This document shows, piece by piece, positions 20,565 through 37,331 of a stretch of DNA of 64,000 nucleotides. The DNA lies in the NCBI GenBank assembly GCA_965205025.1, contig CBDBFU010000001.1, forward strand, positions 1 through 64,000. Reading direction: 5' to 3'. Positions within the stretch are counted from its first letter, which is position 1. The number at the start of each line of letters is the position of its first letter. The stretch comes from Candidatus Poribacteria bacterium. GTDB lineage: Bacteria; Poribacteria; WGA-4E; WGA-3G. Both the position numbers and the translations under genes were made by a program. The notes beneath the pieces are model-generated. The model was not told the DNA's origin, did not search any database, and worked only from the letters and a program-made list of their open reading frames with translations.

Positions 20565-21138
20565 ATGCGGTTTGGAAAATCAGGCAAATTTAGACGAAGA
20601 GCACAAATACGACGCGGCACAGTAAAAATAGAAAATGTTGTAGAAGGTGTTCTGCAAAAACGTGGATGGTTTGATAAGGTCCAGGAGAGACGGGTTTTTG
20701 ATGTTTGGGAATCGGTCGTTGGAAAGACAATTGCTGCACAAAGTGCTCCAATTTCATTATATGGTGGGATTTTACGAGTTGATGTGTCTCATCCCGTCTA
20801 TGCAAATGAAATGACTCTGATGAAAACTAAGATTATAAAAAAACTCAAAAGTAAACTTGAAAATCAAAATACAAGTGTCCGAAGAGTTGCCACTGCAAAC
20901 AAGGTTACTGATATTCGCTTTAACTTTAACCCCACGTTTTCCGAAGGAAAAATCACATCGTAGCAAAGATAAATCTGAGGCTGGGGGATCTGAAAAAGAC
21001 AATAAACCGGTGTCACGAGAAATGAAGGAACAGATAGAATCTGTGGTTTCGGTTGTAAACGATCAAGAATTACGGGAGGCGTTAAAAACACTCTTTACAA
21101 CACAATGTGCTGATACAAAAATAGAAAATAATGAGTAA
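20565..21138 (+). CDS. DUF721/DciA-family protein (probable indel near 20940)
   Basis: WESVVG..IA...P..L..GIL.V.V...ANEM...K..I motif; canonical position between recF and gyrB; C-terminus continues in ORF 20857-21138. Confidence 0.75.
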
Positions 21139-21497
21139 TTGAACATTTGAGAAATAAAGTCTATAACATTTTCACAAAACAGATAAAAAAAGGGGTTGCA
21201 AAAGTAAGTAGGTTTATGCTACAATGGATATAAGAAAAATCAATTTTATATTAGGAATATTACAAAACTGATCAGTCTATAAAACACATATAAATCGACA
21301 GGTTTTGTTATAGATTTTCTTAATATATTATAACTATAAGTAATGTTTTTGTGTTCCTGTGATTCGGGCACTTTATGTTAGGGAATTATTCCATAATATT
21401 CACCTCGGCTTTATTCATAACTGCTCTAAATATTACATAATTGGTGAACTCATAACAGAAAACAATAAATAACTGATAATCTATAAGGAAAAATATA

Positions 21498-24040
<2,543 letters not shown>

Positions 24041-24108
24041 CACATTCGATGTGTCAGATGTTTCCGATTCAACACTTATCACAACCAAATAGAATATAAG
24101 AGAAGGAA

Positions 24109-26559
24109 ATGCAAGAAGAAAATATCATCAGGCGTACAATAGAATCTGAATTACAAACTTCATATCTCACCTACGCTATGAGCGTAAATACGAATAGAGC
24201 AATACCAGATGTGCGGGATGGTTTGAAGCCGAGTGCACGACGGATCATCTATGCTATGGGTGAACTTAACCTAACGAATGACCGTCCTACTGATAAATGT
24301 GCCGCGGTCGTGGGTGAGGTGATGAAAAATTTCCATCCACACGGGGATGGTCCTATTTATGGAACGCTTGTAGGACTTGCACAAGAATTTAGTACCCGTT
24401 ATCCCCTAATTGATGGTCAAGGGAACTTTGGATCAATAGACGATGACCCAGCAGGGGCAATGCGTTATACGGAGTGCCGACTTACAAAAATTGCTGAAAC
24501 ACTTCTACTTGATATTGATAAGGATACAGTTGATTTTCAACCTAACTATAAGGATTCCATGGAAGAACCAACTGTGTTACCTGGACTTCTTCCAAACATC
24601 CTTGTTAACGGGACAACCGGTATCGGTGTAGGTTATCAAACAAAAATACCCCCACATAACCTTAACGAAGTTGTTGATGCCCTCCTTCACCTACTTGATT
24701 TTCCTCAAGCTACTGTTGATGATTTACTTGAATTTATTCCTGGACCTGATTTTCCTACAGGGGGAATCATTGTCGGTAAGAGTGAAATCAAGAAGATGTA
24801 TACTACAGGAAAAGGAAATATGGCGATGCGCGCAAGGGCAGAAATTGAACCTATGGCAAACGATAAATCACGAGGAGGAGAACGAGAGCAGATTATCGTC
24901 ACTGAAATACCTTATCATGTGAAGAAGAATAAATTACTTGATGAGATGTATGAGTTAGTAGAAGTCGATAAGGTAATTACTGGTATTTCTGATATTCGGG
25001 ACGAGTCTGATGAACAAATACGGATTGTCATAGAACTTAAGCGCGGAGAAGTGCCACAAGTTATCCTAAATCAGCTCTACAAACGCACCAAGATGCAGGA
25101 ATATTATTCCGCAAATCTCCTTTGTCTTGTTGAAGGACTTCCGAAAGTATTAACGCTACCCGAAATCCTGCATTATTATTTAGCACATAGACGCGATGTC
25201 ATACGTCGACGCACACAGTACGATTTAACACGATGTGAAAATAGAGCACATGTTTTAGAAGGATACCGTATTGCACTTGAAAATTTAGACGAGGTAATTG
25301 AAATTGTTCAAACTGCTGAAACACCACAAGCAGCAAGAGAACAACTTCAGGAACAGTTTGAACTTTCCGATGTTCAAGCACGCGAAGTGTTAGATCTAAC
25401 ATTGCGTCAGTTAACCGGTTTAGAACGACAACGTATCAATGACGAATACGAAGACCTTCTAGTTCAAATCGCAGAACTCCGAGCAATTCTGGAAAGTGAA
25501 GAACTTGTTACCAATATCATTAGGGAAGAATTAGAAGGATTGAAGGAAGATCATGGGGATGATCGTCTCACCGAAATCGTTGATGAAGTCAGAAGTTTTG
25601 AAATGGAAGATCTGATTGCAGATGACGAGATGGTTGTTACACTAACACATTCTGGATACCTAAAACGGATTCCAATGGATACATATCAAACACAGAATAG
25701 AGGTGGGGTTGGGATTAAAGGTGGAAATCCGAAAGATGGTGATTTCTTAGAGCATCTGATTATTGCCACAGCACACCAATCGCTCCTTTTCTTTACCAGC
25801 CTTGGGAAGTGTTTTGTAAAAAAAGTTTATGAAATACCAGAAGGTTCGCGCACTGCAGCTGGACGGGCTGCGGTAAATATGTTAAAACTTGGAGATTCCG
25901 AGACCATTAGCGCATTCTTGCCTATACGAGAATTTAATGAAGATCAATATATCCTGATGGCAACAAAGAATGGTATTGTCAAAAAAACAGCTCTTAAGGA
26001 TTTTAGCAACCGAATTTCAAGCGGGATCATAGCCGTAAAATTGGATGATGGGGACCAGTTAATCGGCGCACAACTTACTGATGGAAATTATGAAGTTATT
26101 TTAGTTAGCCATAACGGGAACTCTATACGCTTTAATGAATCGGATGTAAGGAGCATGGGACGCGCAACACGCGGGGTTCGAGGTATACGGATCAGTAGTG
26201 AAGATGACTTTGTTGTAGACATGGTATGTTCGGCGGATGAAAACGATTCTTTACTCGTTGTAACCGAAAATGGTTATGGCAAACGGACAGCATTATCAGC
26301 ATATCGTTCTCAGAAACGGGGCGGTGTCGGACTCACGGCGATTAAGCGGTCAACTCGTAATGGTGCTATTGTTTCTGCAAAATTAGTCGCGGATCCAGAC
26401 GAACTTGTTTTGATTAGTTCTGCTGGATATGTTACGCGGATGGCTGTCAGCGATGTCCGCGTAATCGGACGGACGACACAAGGTGTAAGACTCATGTCTT
26501 TAGGAGAAGATGAGAAACTCGTAGATGTGGCTAAAATAACAGCTACCAACACTGAATAG
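24109..26559 (+). CDS. gyrA: DNA gyrase subunit A
   Basis: DVRDGLKP, HPHGD, AMRYTE catalytic Tyr, GyrA-box QNRGGVG, C-terminal pinwheel repeats. Confidence 0.97.
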   Translation: MQEENIIRRTIESELQTSYLTYAMSVNTNRAIPDVRDGLKPSARRIIYAMGELNLTNDRPTDKCAAVVGEVMKNFHPHGDGPIYGTLVGLAQEFSTRYPLIDGQGNFGSIDDDPAGAMRYTECRLTKIAETLLLDIDKDTVDFQPNYKDSMEEPTVLPGLLPNILVNGTTGIGVGYQTKIPPHNLNEVVDALLHLLDFPQATVDDLLEFIPGPDFPTGGIIVGKSEIKKMYTTGKGNMAMRARAEIEPMANDKSRGGEREQIIVTEIPYHVKKNKLLDEMYELVEVDKVITGISDIRDESDEQIRIVIELKRGEVPQVILNQLYKRTKMQEYYSANLLCLVEGLPKVLTLPEILHYYLAHRRDVIRRRTQYDLTRCENRAHVLEGYRIALENLDEVIEIVQTAETPQAAREQLQEQFELSDVQAREVLDLTLRQLTGLERQRINDEYEDLLVQIAELRAILESEELVTNIIREELEGLKEDHGDDRLTEIVDEVRSFEMEDLIADDEMVVTLTHSGYLKRIPMDTYQTQNRGGVGIKGGNPKDGDFLEHLIIATAHQSLLFFTSLGKCFVKKVYEIPEGSRTAAGRAAVNMLKLGDSETISAFLPIREFNEDQYILMATKNGIVKKTALKDFSNRISSGIIAVKLDDGDQLIGAQLTDGNYEVILVSHNGNSIRFNESDVRSMGRATRGVRGIRISSEDDFVVDMVCSADENDSLLVVTENGYGKRTALSAYRSQKRGGVGLTAIKRSTRNGAIVSAKLVADPDELVLISSAGYVTRMAVSDVRVIGRTTQGVRLMSLGEDEKLVDVAKITATNTE

Positions 26560-26615
26560 AAGAATGGACACTAAGTTACATTACATTGATTGAATAGACT
26601 AAGTTAGGTTAGGAG

Positions 26616-28157
26616 ATGGTGATGAAAAAGAGAAAATGGATGGTATTATTCATTGTTACTATATTTTGTCTTATGATTACAAGGACGGTTACATTTGCGC
26701 AAGATGTTTACCCACTTGAAAATCCAGAACTTGTAACTAAAAGCAATGTCTCAGATATAAGTAAGATATATTCACGGATGATGGCAGCGGTCTATTTGCA
26801 GAGATATACAATAGATCTCTCAACTTCAAAGCAGTTGTACGATGAATTAGTAATTGAGGCAGAGGATTCTGCTTTTATCTGGTACAAAAGAGGACAACTC
26901 CGGTTTCAACGCTTGCAAGATATACGAGGTGCTCAGAAGGATGTTGAGAAAGCACTTGAAATTAACCCTTCATACGTTCCAGCTACATGGCTACTTGCAC
27001 AAATTTTAGCACATCGTGCCTCATATTCAGGGGGACGAGAAATAAAAGAATTAATGCAGACACTCAAAAGAGTAACTGAATTAGATCCAGACCATTTTAT
27101 GGCACACCGAATGCTATCGGATATATCATTTCAGCTCCGAGATTATACCACAGCTGAAACATCATTCAAGGCGCTCACACGGATTATGCCTTTTCAACCT
27201 CAATTTCATAAGTCCTTAGGTGATCTCTACAGGAGACAAGAAAAATTACAAGAAGCTGTGGAGGCTTATCAACGTGTCATAAAAATTAAACCTAATGATT
27301 TGGACATGTTAAACACCGTAGGACATATTTACTATGAAACCGGAAAAATAAAGCAAGCACAAGAATCATTTATGAAAGTCGTTGAAATAGAACCGAATAA
27401 TGTTGATGCAAACTTAGGGCTTGGACTGGTATTACAGGAACTCGCTTATGAGATACGAACACTGAAAGATAAAAAGGATGATAGTGAATCAATTGATCCA
27501 GCAACCCTTATTCGGGATGCAGAGACATATCTTGGACGCGCAATTTTCTTTTCTAAGGAAATTCTCAATAATCCTAAAAATGATGCACAACATGCATCCT
27601 ATCTGAAAAAAATGCTTGATGCACAGTATGCATTGGCTAATGTGTATATAATATTTGAGAAACATGGAGAGGCTGTGGAAGTGTTTAAACAACTTCTTGA
27701 TGAGATACCCGACCATGTTGGAGCAACATACGGAATTGGTTCAGTCTACCTAACAATGGGGGACTTTGAAAAAGCAGAAACATATCTACGTAAAACACTG
27801 GCAATTGAACCAGCACATGAGTTTGCTCTCAATGCACTTGGATATCTCTATGCACAACAAGGAATACATCTTGATGAAGCTGAAGCATTAATAAAACGTG
27901 CCCTTAAAAAAGCACCAACAAACGGGGCATATCTTGATAGTCTTGGCTGGGTATTTTTTAAACAGGGTAAGATTGCTGAAGCTGTCTCCACATTAGAAAA
28001 GGCTAGTCAACAAGCCCCTAACCAAGTGGAAATTCTAATGCATCTTGGGGATGCATATCTCAAAAACGATGAACCGGAAAAAGCGCAAAGGGTTTGGGAA
28101 CAAGCTCAAACAATCGAACCTGATAATGAAGAGATACATGAACGCCTTAATCAATGA
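26616..28157 (+). CDS. Secreted TPR-repeat protein
   Basis: Signal peptide; many TPRs including ALNALGY...AYLDSLGWV. Confidence 0.9.
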   Translation: MVMKKRKWMVLFIVTIFCLMITRTVTFAQDVYPLENPELVTKSNVSDISKIYSRMMAAVYLQRYTIDLSTSKQLYDELVIEAEDSAFIWYKRGQLRFQRLQDIRGAQKDVEKALEINPSYVPATWLLAQILAHRASYSGGREIKELMQTLKRVTELDPDHFMAHRMLSDISFQLRDYTTAETSFKALTRIMPFQPQFHKSLGDLYRRQEKLQEAVEAYQRVIKIKPNDLDMLNTVGHIYYETGKIKQAQESFMKVVEIEPNNVDANLGLGLVLQELAYEIRTLKDKKDDSESIDPATLIRDAETYLGRAIFFSKEILNNPKNDAQHASYLKKMLDAQYALANVYIIFEKHGEAVEVFKQLLDEIPDHVGATYGIGSVYLTMGDFEKAETYLRKTLAIEPAHEFALNALGYLYAQQGIHLDEAEALIKRALKKAPTNGAYLDSLGWVFFKQGKIAEAVSTLEKASQQAPNQVEILMHLGDAYLKNDEPEKAQRVWEQAQTIEPDNEEIHERLNQ

Positions 28158-29878
28158 TGCGATATATAACCATCAAGGTCTTCTTATTCACACTAACGTT
28201 CTTTATCCAGTATGGTGAAACGTTCCAGTGTGGGGTACCTGAACTAAAAAAGCATATAGGTACACAGTTTATACCAGATGTACCATCTGCCCCAGCACAC
28301 CACGCTGCACCCGAACTTCAAATCGGTTCCCAACGTACATTCTTTGCTATAGATTTCGCAAAAAAACAGCAGTACACTGTTAATGCAACATTGCGAGGTA
28401 GTGGACCTTACTGTTATATTTATGTGGAAAACTCAGAATGGCGACGAAATGTTTCTCCCCTAACAGTTCGAACTATCCAAAACGCTTTTGATATTTCAAC
28501 ACCAGCAGATCCAAACCGTGGAATTTATGAAATATTAACCGAAGACTTTGGAACCTTACCAGATATTGATCGAAACCAAAAAGTTATATTACTCCTTCTC
28601 AATATCCGGGATGTTGGGAACACGCATTCTACAGTCGGATATTTCATGCCAATTGATCAGCGGCGAGGTATTCTTCAACATCCGACACTTGGACCTCTTC
28701 ATAGTAATGTCGGTGAGATTCTGTATATTGATGCAAAAGATGAACTTGTTAACAACTTTCAAATGCAGGCTGTTATCGCTCATGAACTACAACATATTAT
28801 TCACTGGAAACACTCACCGAAAGAAGAAACATGGATTGATGAAGGGTGCGCAAATTACGCAGCGTTCCGATGCGGTTATGATATTCATCAGCACGTAAAA
28901 GCATTTCAGGAAGCACCGAACACTTCCCTTATTGATTGGACACAAACGACACAAACCAATTTACTTGCGCATTATGGAGCTGCCTTCATATTTATGATGT
29001 ACCTTCATGATCATTATGGGGGTTTGAAAACTATTTCCGATCTTGTGAAAAATCCATTAGATGGCATTTCAGGAATTACCAATACATTGGAAGCACAAGG
29101 AATGTCCAACACTTTCTCAAATGTGTTTTCTGATTGGAAAGTCGCAAACTATCTTACTACATGGGGATTACTCGGTTTTATTGGAAAACGATACAGGTAT
29201 ACAACGTTTAAACCTATTATTTCACCACAATTCATACACGACACCTATCCGGTTAATAGAAGAAATGAGACACTGGTGAATTTTGCAGCCCACGCAATTG
29301 ATTGTAAGATAGCATCCACTGAGCAGGCAGGTCTTAACTTAAGTTTTACGACACAGCGAAACACAAAGGTTGATATAAGAGTCGCTTATTTAAGAGATTC
29401 TGGAGAAATATCAGTAGAATCGCTCCCTTTTAGAACTACTGATGGTACAGCTACACTTGATCTTCCAACGTTTGGTTCTACTGTAAAACGGGCTATACTT
29501 ATACCAAGTCTACAGGTTGAGAATCCAAGTTTCGCACAACAATCTATAACATATAACTATGGTGTGTTTGAAGGAGGACTGGGAACTTATTCTACAATAA
29601 TTCTTCCAAATCCAGTTCATCCAAATTATTGGGAAATCATTGCTGTTCCAGATAAGGCGTCAGGTATAGTCTCACTCACAGTAACCTTAACTTACCAAAA
29701 CCGAAATCTTATTGAAGATAAACCGATGGTCTACATCCAAAACGCTGACAAGACTCGGTATCGTTATGCTTTTCACCTTAAGCCTGAGATTGATACTGAA
29801 GCGGTAGAATGGAGCATCAGGCGAGGGGATACTATTATTGACGAAGGTATTCTCAATGAAACAACAAATGATAAATGA
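28154..29878 (+). CDS. Secreted zinc metallopeptidase (M6/M30-like)
   Basis: Signal peptide; AHELQH followed by WIDEG.A; YGAAFIFMMYL. Confidence 0.8.
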   Translation: MMRYITIKVFLFTLTFFIQYGETFQCGVPELKKHIGTQFIPDVPSAPAHHAAPELQIGSQRTFFAIDFAKKQQYTVNATLRGSGPYCYIYVENSEWRRNVSPLTVRTIQNAFDISTPADPNRGIYEILTEDFGTLPDIDRNQKVILLLLNIRDVGNTHSTVGYFMPIDQRRGILQHPTLGPLHSNVGEILYIDAKDELVNNFQMQAVIAHELQHIIHWKHSPKEETWIDEGCANYAAFRCGYDIHQHVKAFQEAPNTSLIDWTQTTQTNLLAHYGAAFIFMMYLHDHYGGLKTISDLVKNPLDGISGITNTLEAQGMSNTFSNVFSDWKVANYLTTWGLLGFIGKRYRYTTFKPIISPQFIHDTYPVNRRNETLVNFAAHAIDCKIASTEQAGLNLSFTTQRNTKVDIRVAYLRDSGEISVESLPFRTTDGTATLDLPTFGSTVKRAILIPSLQVENPSFAQQSITYNYGVFEGGLGTYSTIILPNPVHPNYWEIIAVPDKASGIVSLTVTLTYQNRNLIEDKPMVYIQNADKTRYRYAFHLKPEIDTEAVEWSIRRGDTIIDEGILNETTNDK

Positions 29879-29907
29879 TTACCAAAGCTACTAATTAGGA
29901 GGTATAT

Positions 29908-30889
29908 ATGCCGAAAACATTATATGCAGGGACAATTGGACAGAGTATTTGGCGAAGCACGGATATAGGTAAAACCTGGGATAGGGCAAGTAATGGAATC
30001 TTTCCAGAGGCAGATATTCGCGCTATTGTTGTCGATCCTACAGATTCAAATATCTTGTATGCTGGTACAGAAAAAGGGGTTGTTAAAACTACTGATGGTG
30101 GTAATATGTGGGAGCATATGCCAAGTGAAATGGATAGTAAAGAGGTGTGGTCCCTTGCTATCCATCCAACAAATCCAGAAACACTTTTTGCTGGAACGTG
30201 TCCATCTGCTTTTTACAAATCAACTGATGGTGCAAACACTTGGACAAAACTTGATGCAGAACTTGCCCAAGAGTGTGAAGGGATTCCTATCATACCACGT
30301 GTTACAACTATCATTATTGATCCAGAAGATCACGATACTGTCTATGCAGGCATTGAAATTGATGGTATGCGTCTCAGCACCGATGGCGGTAAAACATGGG
30401 ATGATCGAAGCGAAGGATTGAGCAGCTTAGATATACATGGTCTTACCGTAGTTACCAGGGGAGCAAAAAACACTTGTTGCAGCCACAAATAACGATGTTT
30501 GTATCACTACAGATATGCACAATTGGACTCCATTAAAAGTCCGTGAACATTATCCGTGGCCCTACTGTAGAGCAGCCTTTTATCTTAACGGGGACAACGC
30601 TAAAGTATTTATTGGAGCAGGAAACGGACCGCCCGGTGACCAAGGCGGCATATTTTTTATGAAAGACGCAAGTGACGCCTCAGATGCAGAGGCTATTCGC
30701 TGGGATCGCTCTGATATCGGAATTACGGCTAACAGTACTATTTGGTGTTTCGGATATAATCCCAGTGTCGATGGATTACTAATTGCTTGTAGTGTAAGCG
30801 GACAACTTTTCCTGAGTGAAGACAATGGTGATTCATGGAAGAAGTTATCACATGAATTCGGAGAAGTACGAGCATTAGCAGTTGCTTAA
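29908..30889 (+). CDS. BNR/Asp-box beta-propeller (VPS10/Ycf48-like) protein, indel near 30460
   Basis: Repeated S.DGG.TW motifs across ORFs 29908-30492 and 30515-30889; AGGAGG RBS. Confidence 0.82.
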
Positions 30890-30987
30890 ATGCGGAAAGA
30901 TGTACCTCGTTCATGTTGTAGTTAAATATATGTTAACATGCGTGATTCACGGAAAATTGGGGTTATTAAATCCATAAACCCTTATAG

Positions 30988-31102
30988 ATGAAGATTAATT
31001 TTTAAATTCGGCAATTTTGAAGAAAGGTCCAGTGCGGTTAGGAAACCGCACCTACCGGGTTTGGGAAAATTAGAATTACCGAAATATTTACTTAATCCTC
31101 AT
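30988..31102. mobile_element. MITE family A, copy 2 (inverted relative to 1020-1167)
   Basis: TIRs ATGAAGATTAATT...TTCGGCAATT / AATTACCGAAAT...TTAATCCTCAT; internal hairpin GTGCGGTTAGGAAACCGCAC. Confidence 0.7.
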
Positions 31103-31108
31103 GAATAA

Positions 31109-31193
31109 GGGTTCGTAAAATTGCTCCGTGAAGGTTTCCGTGAAAGTGCAATCATCTCAGAATAACAAATATTAACACTAACTTTACGCACCC
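31109..31193. mobile_element. Possible small MITE abutting MITE A
   Basis: 14-bp imperfect TIR GGGTTCGTAAAATT / AACTTTACGCACCC (2 mismatches). Confidence 0.4.
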
Positions 31194-31256
31194 CAAGATT
31201 TATCAGGCGATGAAGAACTCATACAGTTGCAATATGATTAAGGTTGCAATATTATT

Positions 31257-31454
31257 ATGTATTCAATATTTTTAACAGCCAGTGCTATCCTGTTTATAGT
31301 ATGTTTAATATATAGTGTCCACAATATTTTTAAAAATTCTGACAGATATTTAGGACTATTTAAGACCTCTGTCATTGCTGTTATCGTATCTATATTATTC
31401 TTTTCATTAACTGTGATAATCCTTAAAGTTGCAATATGGATAGATAGTATTTGA
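31257..31454 (+). CDS. Possible small two-TM membrane protein
   Basis: 65-aa ORF with two hydrophobic segments; no clear RBS. Confidence 0.35.
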   Translation: MYSIFLTASAILFIVCLIYSVHNIFKNSDRYLGLFKTSVIAVIVSILFFSLTVIILKVAIWIDSI

Positions 31455-31596
31455 TGAGAGGTATGAACACGAGTCTATATTATTTTACTCGGTATATTTA
31501 TTTTAGTGAAACGATAGTTTAATTACCTTCGTTTTTATAAAACTTTATGAAAATAAAGTAGTTATTGAATTTTTGTGTAATTTTCGTGAAATTTAT

Positions 31597-31757
31597 TTGA
31601 CATAGTTTTCATTTTATGATATACTTAAAATCTGCTCTGGGATTAAACACTGTTTGTCCCGTTCTTTGAAATAAATTTGACTTAAGTTAAATACAATGGT
31701 ATACTACTTTTCCATTTGAGAATGGATTTGACTTAAGTTCAGGTTTTAGGGTATATT
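31597..31757 (+). promoter_or_regulatory. Three tandem sigma-70 rRNA promoters plus boxA
   Basis: TTGACA-17-TATACT (31597-31625), TTGACT-17-TATACT (31677-31705), TTGACT-18-TATATT (31728-31757); boxA-like GTTCTTTGAAA at 31661. Confidence 0.8.
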
Positions 31758-31774
31758 TAATATACCAAACGCGA

Positions 31775-31847
31775 GGGGGTGTAGCTCAGCTGGGAGAGCA
31801 ACTGCTTTGCACGCAGTAGGTCAGCGGTTCAACTCCGCTCATCTCCA
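31775..31847 (+). tRNA. tRNA-Ala(UGC), CCA not encoded
   Basis: Cloverleaf GGGGGTGTAGCTCAGCTGGGAGAGC...ACTGC-TT-TGC-AC-GCAGT...GGTTCAACTCC...CATCTCCA; G3:U70 Ala identity pair. Confidence 0.96.
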
Positions 31848-31939
31848 TCGTCTATCAGAAGTATCTTCACTTCTGAAAATTAGACGGCGTTCTTTGACAA
31901 CTGTATAGAGAGGGTAAATCGGTAGAATACAATATCACC

Positions 31940-34936
<2,997 letters not shown>

Positions 34937-34992
34937 TTATTCTATTCTATCGTTCCTCAATTCTATACAGTTGTCAAATATTATTTACTCCT

Positions 34993-35109
<117 letters not shown>

Positions 35110-35114
35110 TCCTT

Positions 35115-35142
35115 AAAAAGGACAGGTTTATCCTGTCCTTTT
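35115..35142 (+). terminator. Intrinsic terminator of the rRNA unit
   Basis: AAAAGGACAGG-TTTAT-CCTGTCCTTTT hairpin with T-tract. Confidence 0.85.
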
Positions 35143-35345
35143 CCTTTAATACTCATTCCAATTCCGCTATGGGTTTATCTCAGCATTAATACATTTCTAA
35201 TTCCTACGAACAACTCTAAACAGAAATCTACCATATTTCCCTTGACAATTTCAATTCGTTATGCATTACGATAGGTTCGTCTTATACCTGATAGTTATTA
35301 AAGAAATAGAATACATACGAATAGTCTGTTAGCCTATCTGATCAA

Positions 35346-35375
35346 TAGCAATATTACATTTAGCAATATTACATT
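35346..35375 (+). repeat. Perfect 15-bp tandem duplication TAGCAATATTACATT x2
   Basis: Seen directly, just upstream of the RBS of the lipoprotein gene. Confidence 0.85.
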
Positions 35376-35391
35376 AGAAAAGGATGTTTAC

Positions 35392-35862
35392 ATGATTCAC
35401 AAATATAGTGTTATGACAGCAATTGGTATTTTGTTATTTGTCGTCATCAACGGTTGTTCAAATACGACAAAACCATCAATGGACGATGGAGATGAAGAGT
35501 CCAGCACTGAACTGGCTTTGGATGAAACTTATGACAAAGTCCGAAACGGTGTCCGACTAATCTTAACCTACGATACCAATAGTAATACTTTCAATGGTAC
35601 CATTGGAAAACACTACTGGCGAAGCGATGAAGAATGTTCGCGTTGAAGTACACTTATCAAACGGAATAGAACTCGGTCCGACTATTCCGAAGGACTTAGC
35701 ACCCAAGGAGAAAATACTTATTAAACTCACTGCAACCAGCACTGATTTGATGGATGGACAGCACATCCTGAAGTTGGTAGTGGAGAACATGGTAACGACG
35801 AGGAGCATGACCAAGAAGGTGGCGAAGAACACGATGGTGAAGGTGGAGATGAACACAATTAA
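35392..35862 (+). CDS. Lipoprotein with Ig-like domain and His/Glu/Gly-rich tail (two probable indels)
   Basis: Lipobox INGC; joined frames give ...ENTT...NVRVEVHLSNGIELGPT...DGWTAHPEVGSGEHGNDEEHDQEGGEEHDGEGGDEHN*. Confidence 0.65.
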
Positions 35863-35888
35863 TGAGATTATTTTTTGATGATTCTACT

Positions 35889-36514
35889 ATGAGACTTTCT
35901 ACATATCTTTTTACATTGATTTCATTATTCGGGATGACAATTATTGCCTATACTGTAGAACCACCCGAAAATATCCTCAAAAACGGAGATTTTGAAGATA
36001 AACTTGACCAATGGCATCATTGGACACACGAAAATGCTGCTGCCCTCTTTCAGACTGAAGGCAATAAAGCAGAACCCATCGTCGGAAAGAATGCTGCATA
36101 TGTGAAAATCAACAAAGCAGGGGATGCACCATGGCATATACAACTCTATCAACAACCTTTTATTCTGGAGAAAGATACTACATATACCTATAGCTTGTGG
36201 GAAAGAGTGAGAAACCCAGAAACGCAAGAATGCGGATAATCCATCAAGGAGCTCCTTGGACAGAGTATGCTGTACAGCAAATAAGCCTCTCTGAAACATG
36301 GAAGGAATCTTTTATCACCTTTAAAATGCCAGTCGATGACGTAAATTCACGCGCTGGGATTATCCTTGGTGGAGAAAAAGTAGATGTTTGGTTCGACCAC
36401 ATTCGTGTATACGAAGGAAAGTATGTCGCTGATATAGAAGGTGCTGAACCGCATGATGTACAATCTACAGATAAATTAGCAACAACTTGGGCATCACTAA
36501 AAAACCGAGATTAG
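35889..36514 (+). CDS. Secreted CBM4/9-like carbohydrate-binding protein with C-terminal DKLATTWASLK tail (indel near 36200)
   Basis: Signal peptide, NILKNGDFE, WHIQLYQ, YTYSLW, VWFDHI. Confidence 0.75.
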
Positions 36515-36546
36515 GGTCATATCTTATCTATTCTTAGAGAAACCTT

Positions 36547-37082
36547 ATGTCGCAATTATACAAGACAATCACACCGAAAATTCAGCAGTTTATCGAAAAT
36601 CAGAAGATGTTTTTTGTCGCAACAGCAACGGCAGACAGTCGGATAAACCTTTCCCCAAAAGTATGGACTCATTGCGAGTGGTCAATCCAAATCGTGTCAT
36701 CTGGCTAAATTTGACAGGTAGCGGAAATGAAACTGCCGCACACGTTCAGGAAAATCCCGTATGACTCTAATGTTAAACTCATTTGATGAGAAACCATTGA
36801 TCCTACGCCTTTACGGTACCGCTAAAGCTATTCACGACGATGATCCAGACTGGCAGGTATTCTTCCCTCTCTTTCCCTCCCATCCGGTGCACGCCAAATC
36901 TCGACATGAAAGTCGACCTTGTTCAAACTTCCTGTGGGACAGCCGTACCACTATACGAATTCGTTGGTGAAAGAGAACAACTAAATACCTGGGCAGAGAG
37001 AAAAGGTGAAGACGGTATAAAAGCGTATTGGAAAGAGAAAAACAAGATTAGTATTGATGGTAAACCCACCCATTTTTCCTAA
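36547..37082 (+). CDS. Pyridoxamine 5'-phosphate oxidase-related FMN-binding protein (several indels)
   Basis: FIENQKMFFVATA...INLSPK, WLNLTGSGNETAAH, PLILRLYG, VQTSCG.AVP, N..SIDG. Confidence 0.8.
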
Positions 37083-37331
37083 TACCCAGTTACTATCTTT
37101 GTTCAAACTGTATCCGCATTATAGAAACATATACTCTAAACAACACTCCCGATCAACACGTGTCTGTGATCTATACTGTTATCATTTAAACTATAATACG
37201 ATCCAACAAAGGAATAACAGATAGTTCCCTTGAATTCAATACCATCACCTTGTATAATAATTGAAGAATCTCAATATAAAATCAACCTACAATATATCCA
37301 TATCATAAATTCATCTGTCTAACAAAATTAA

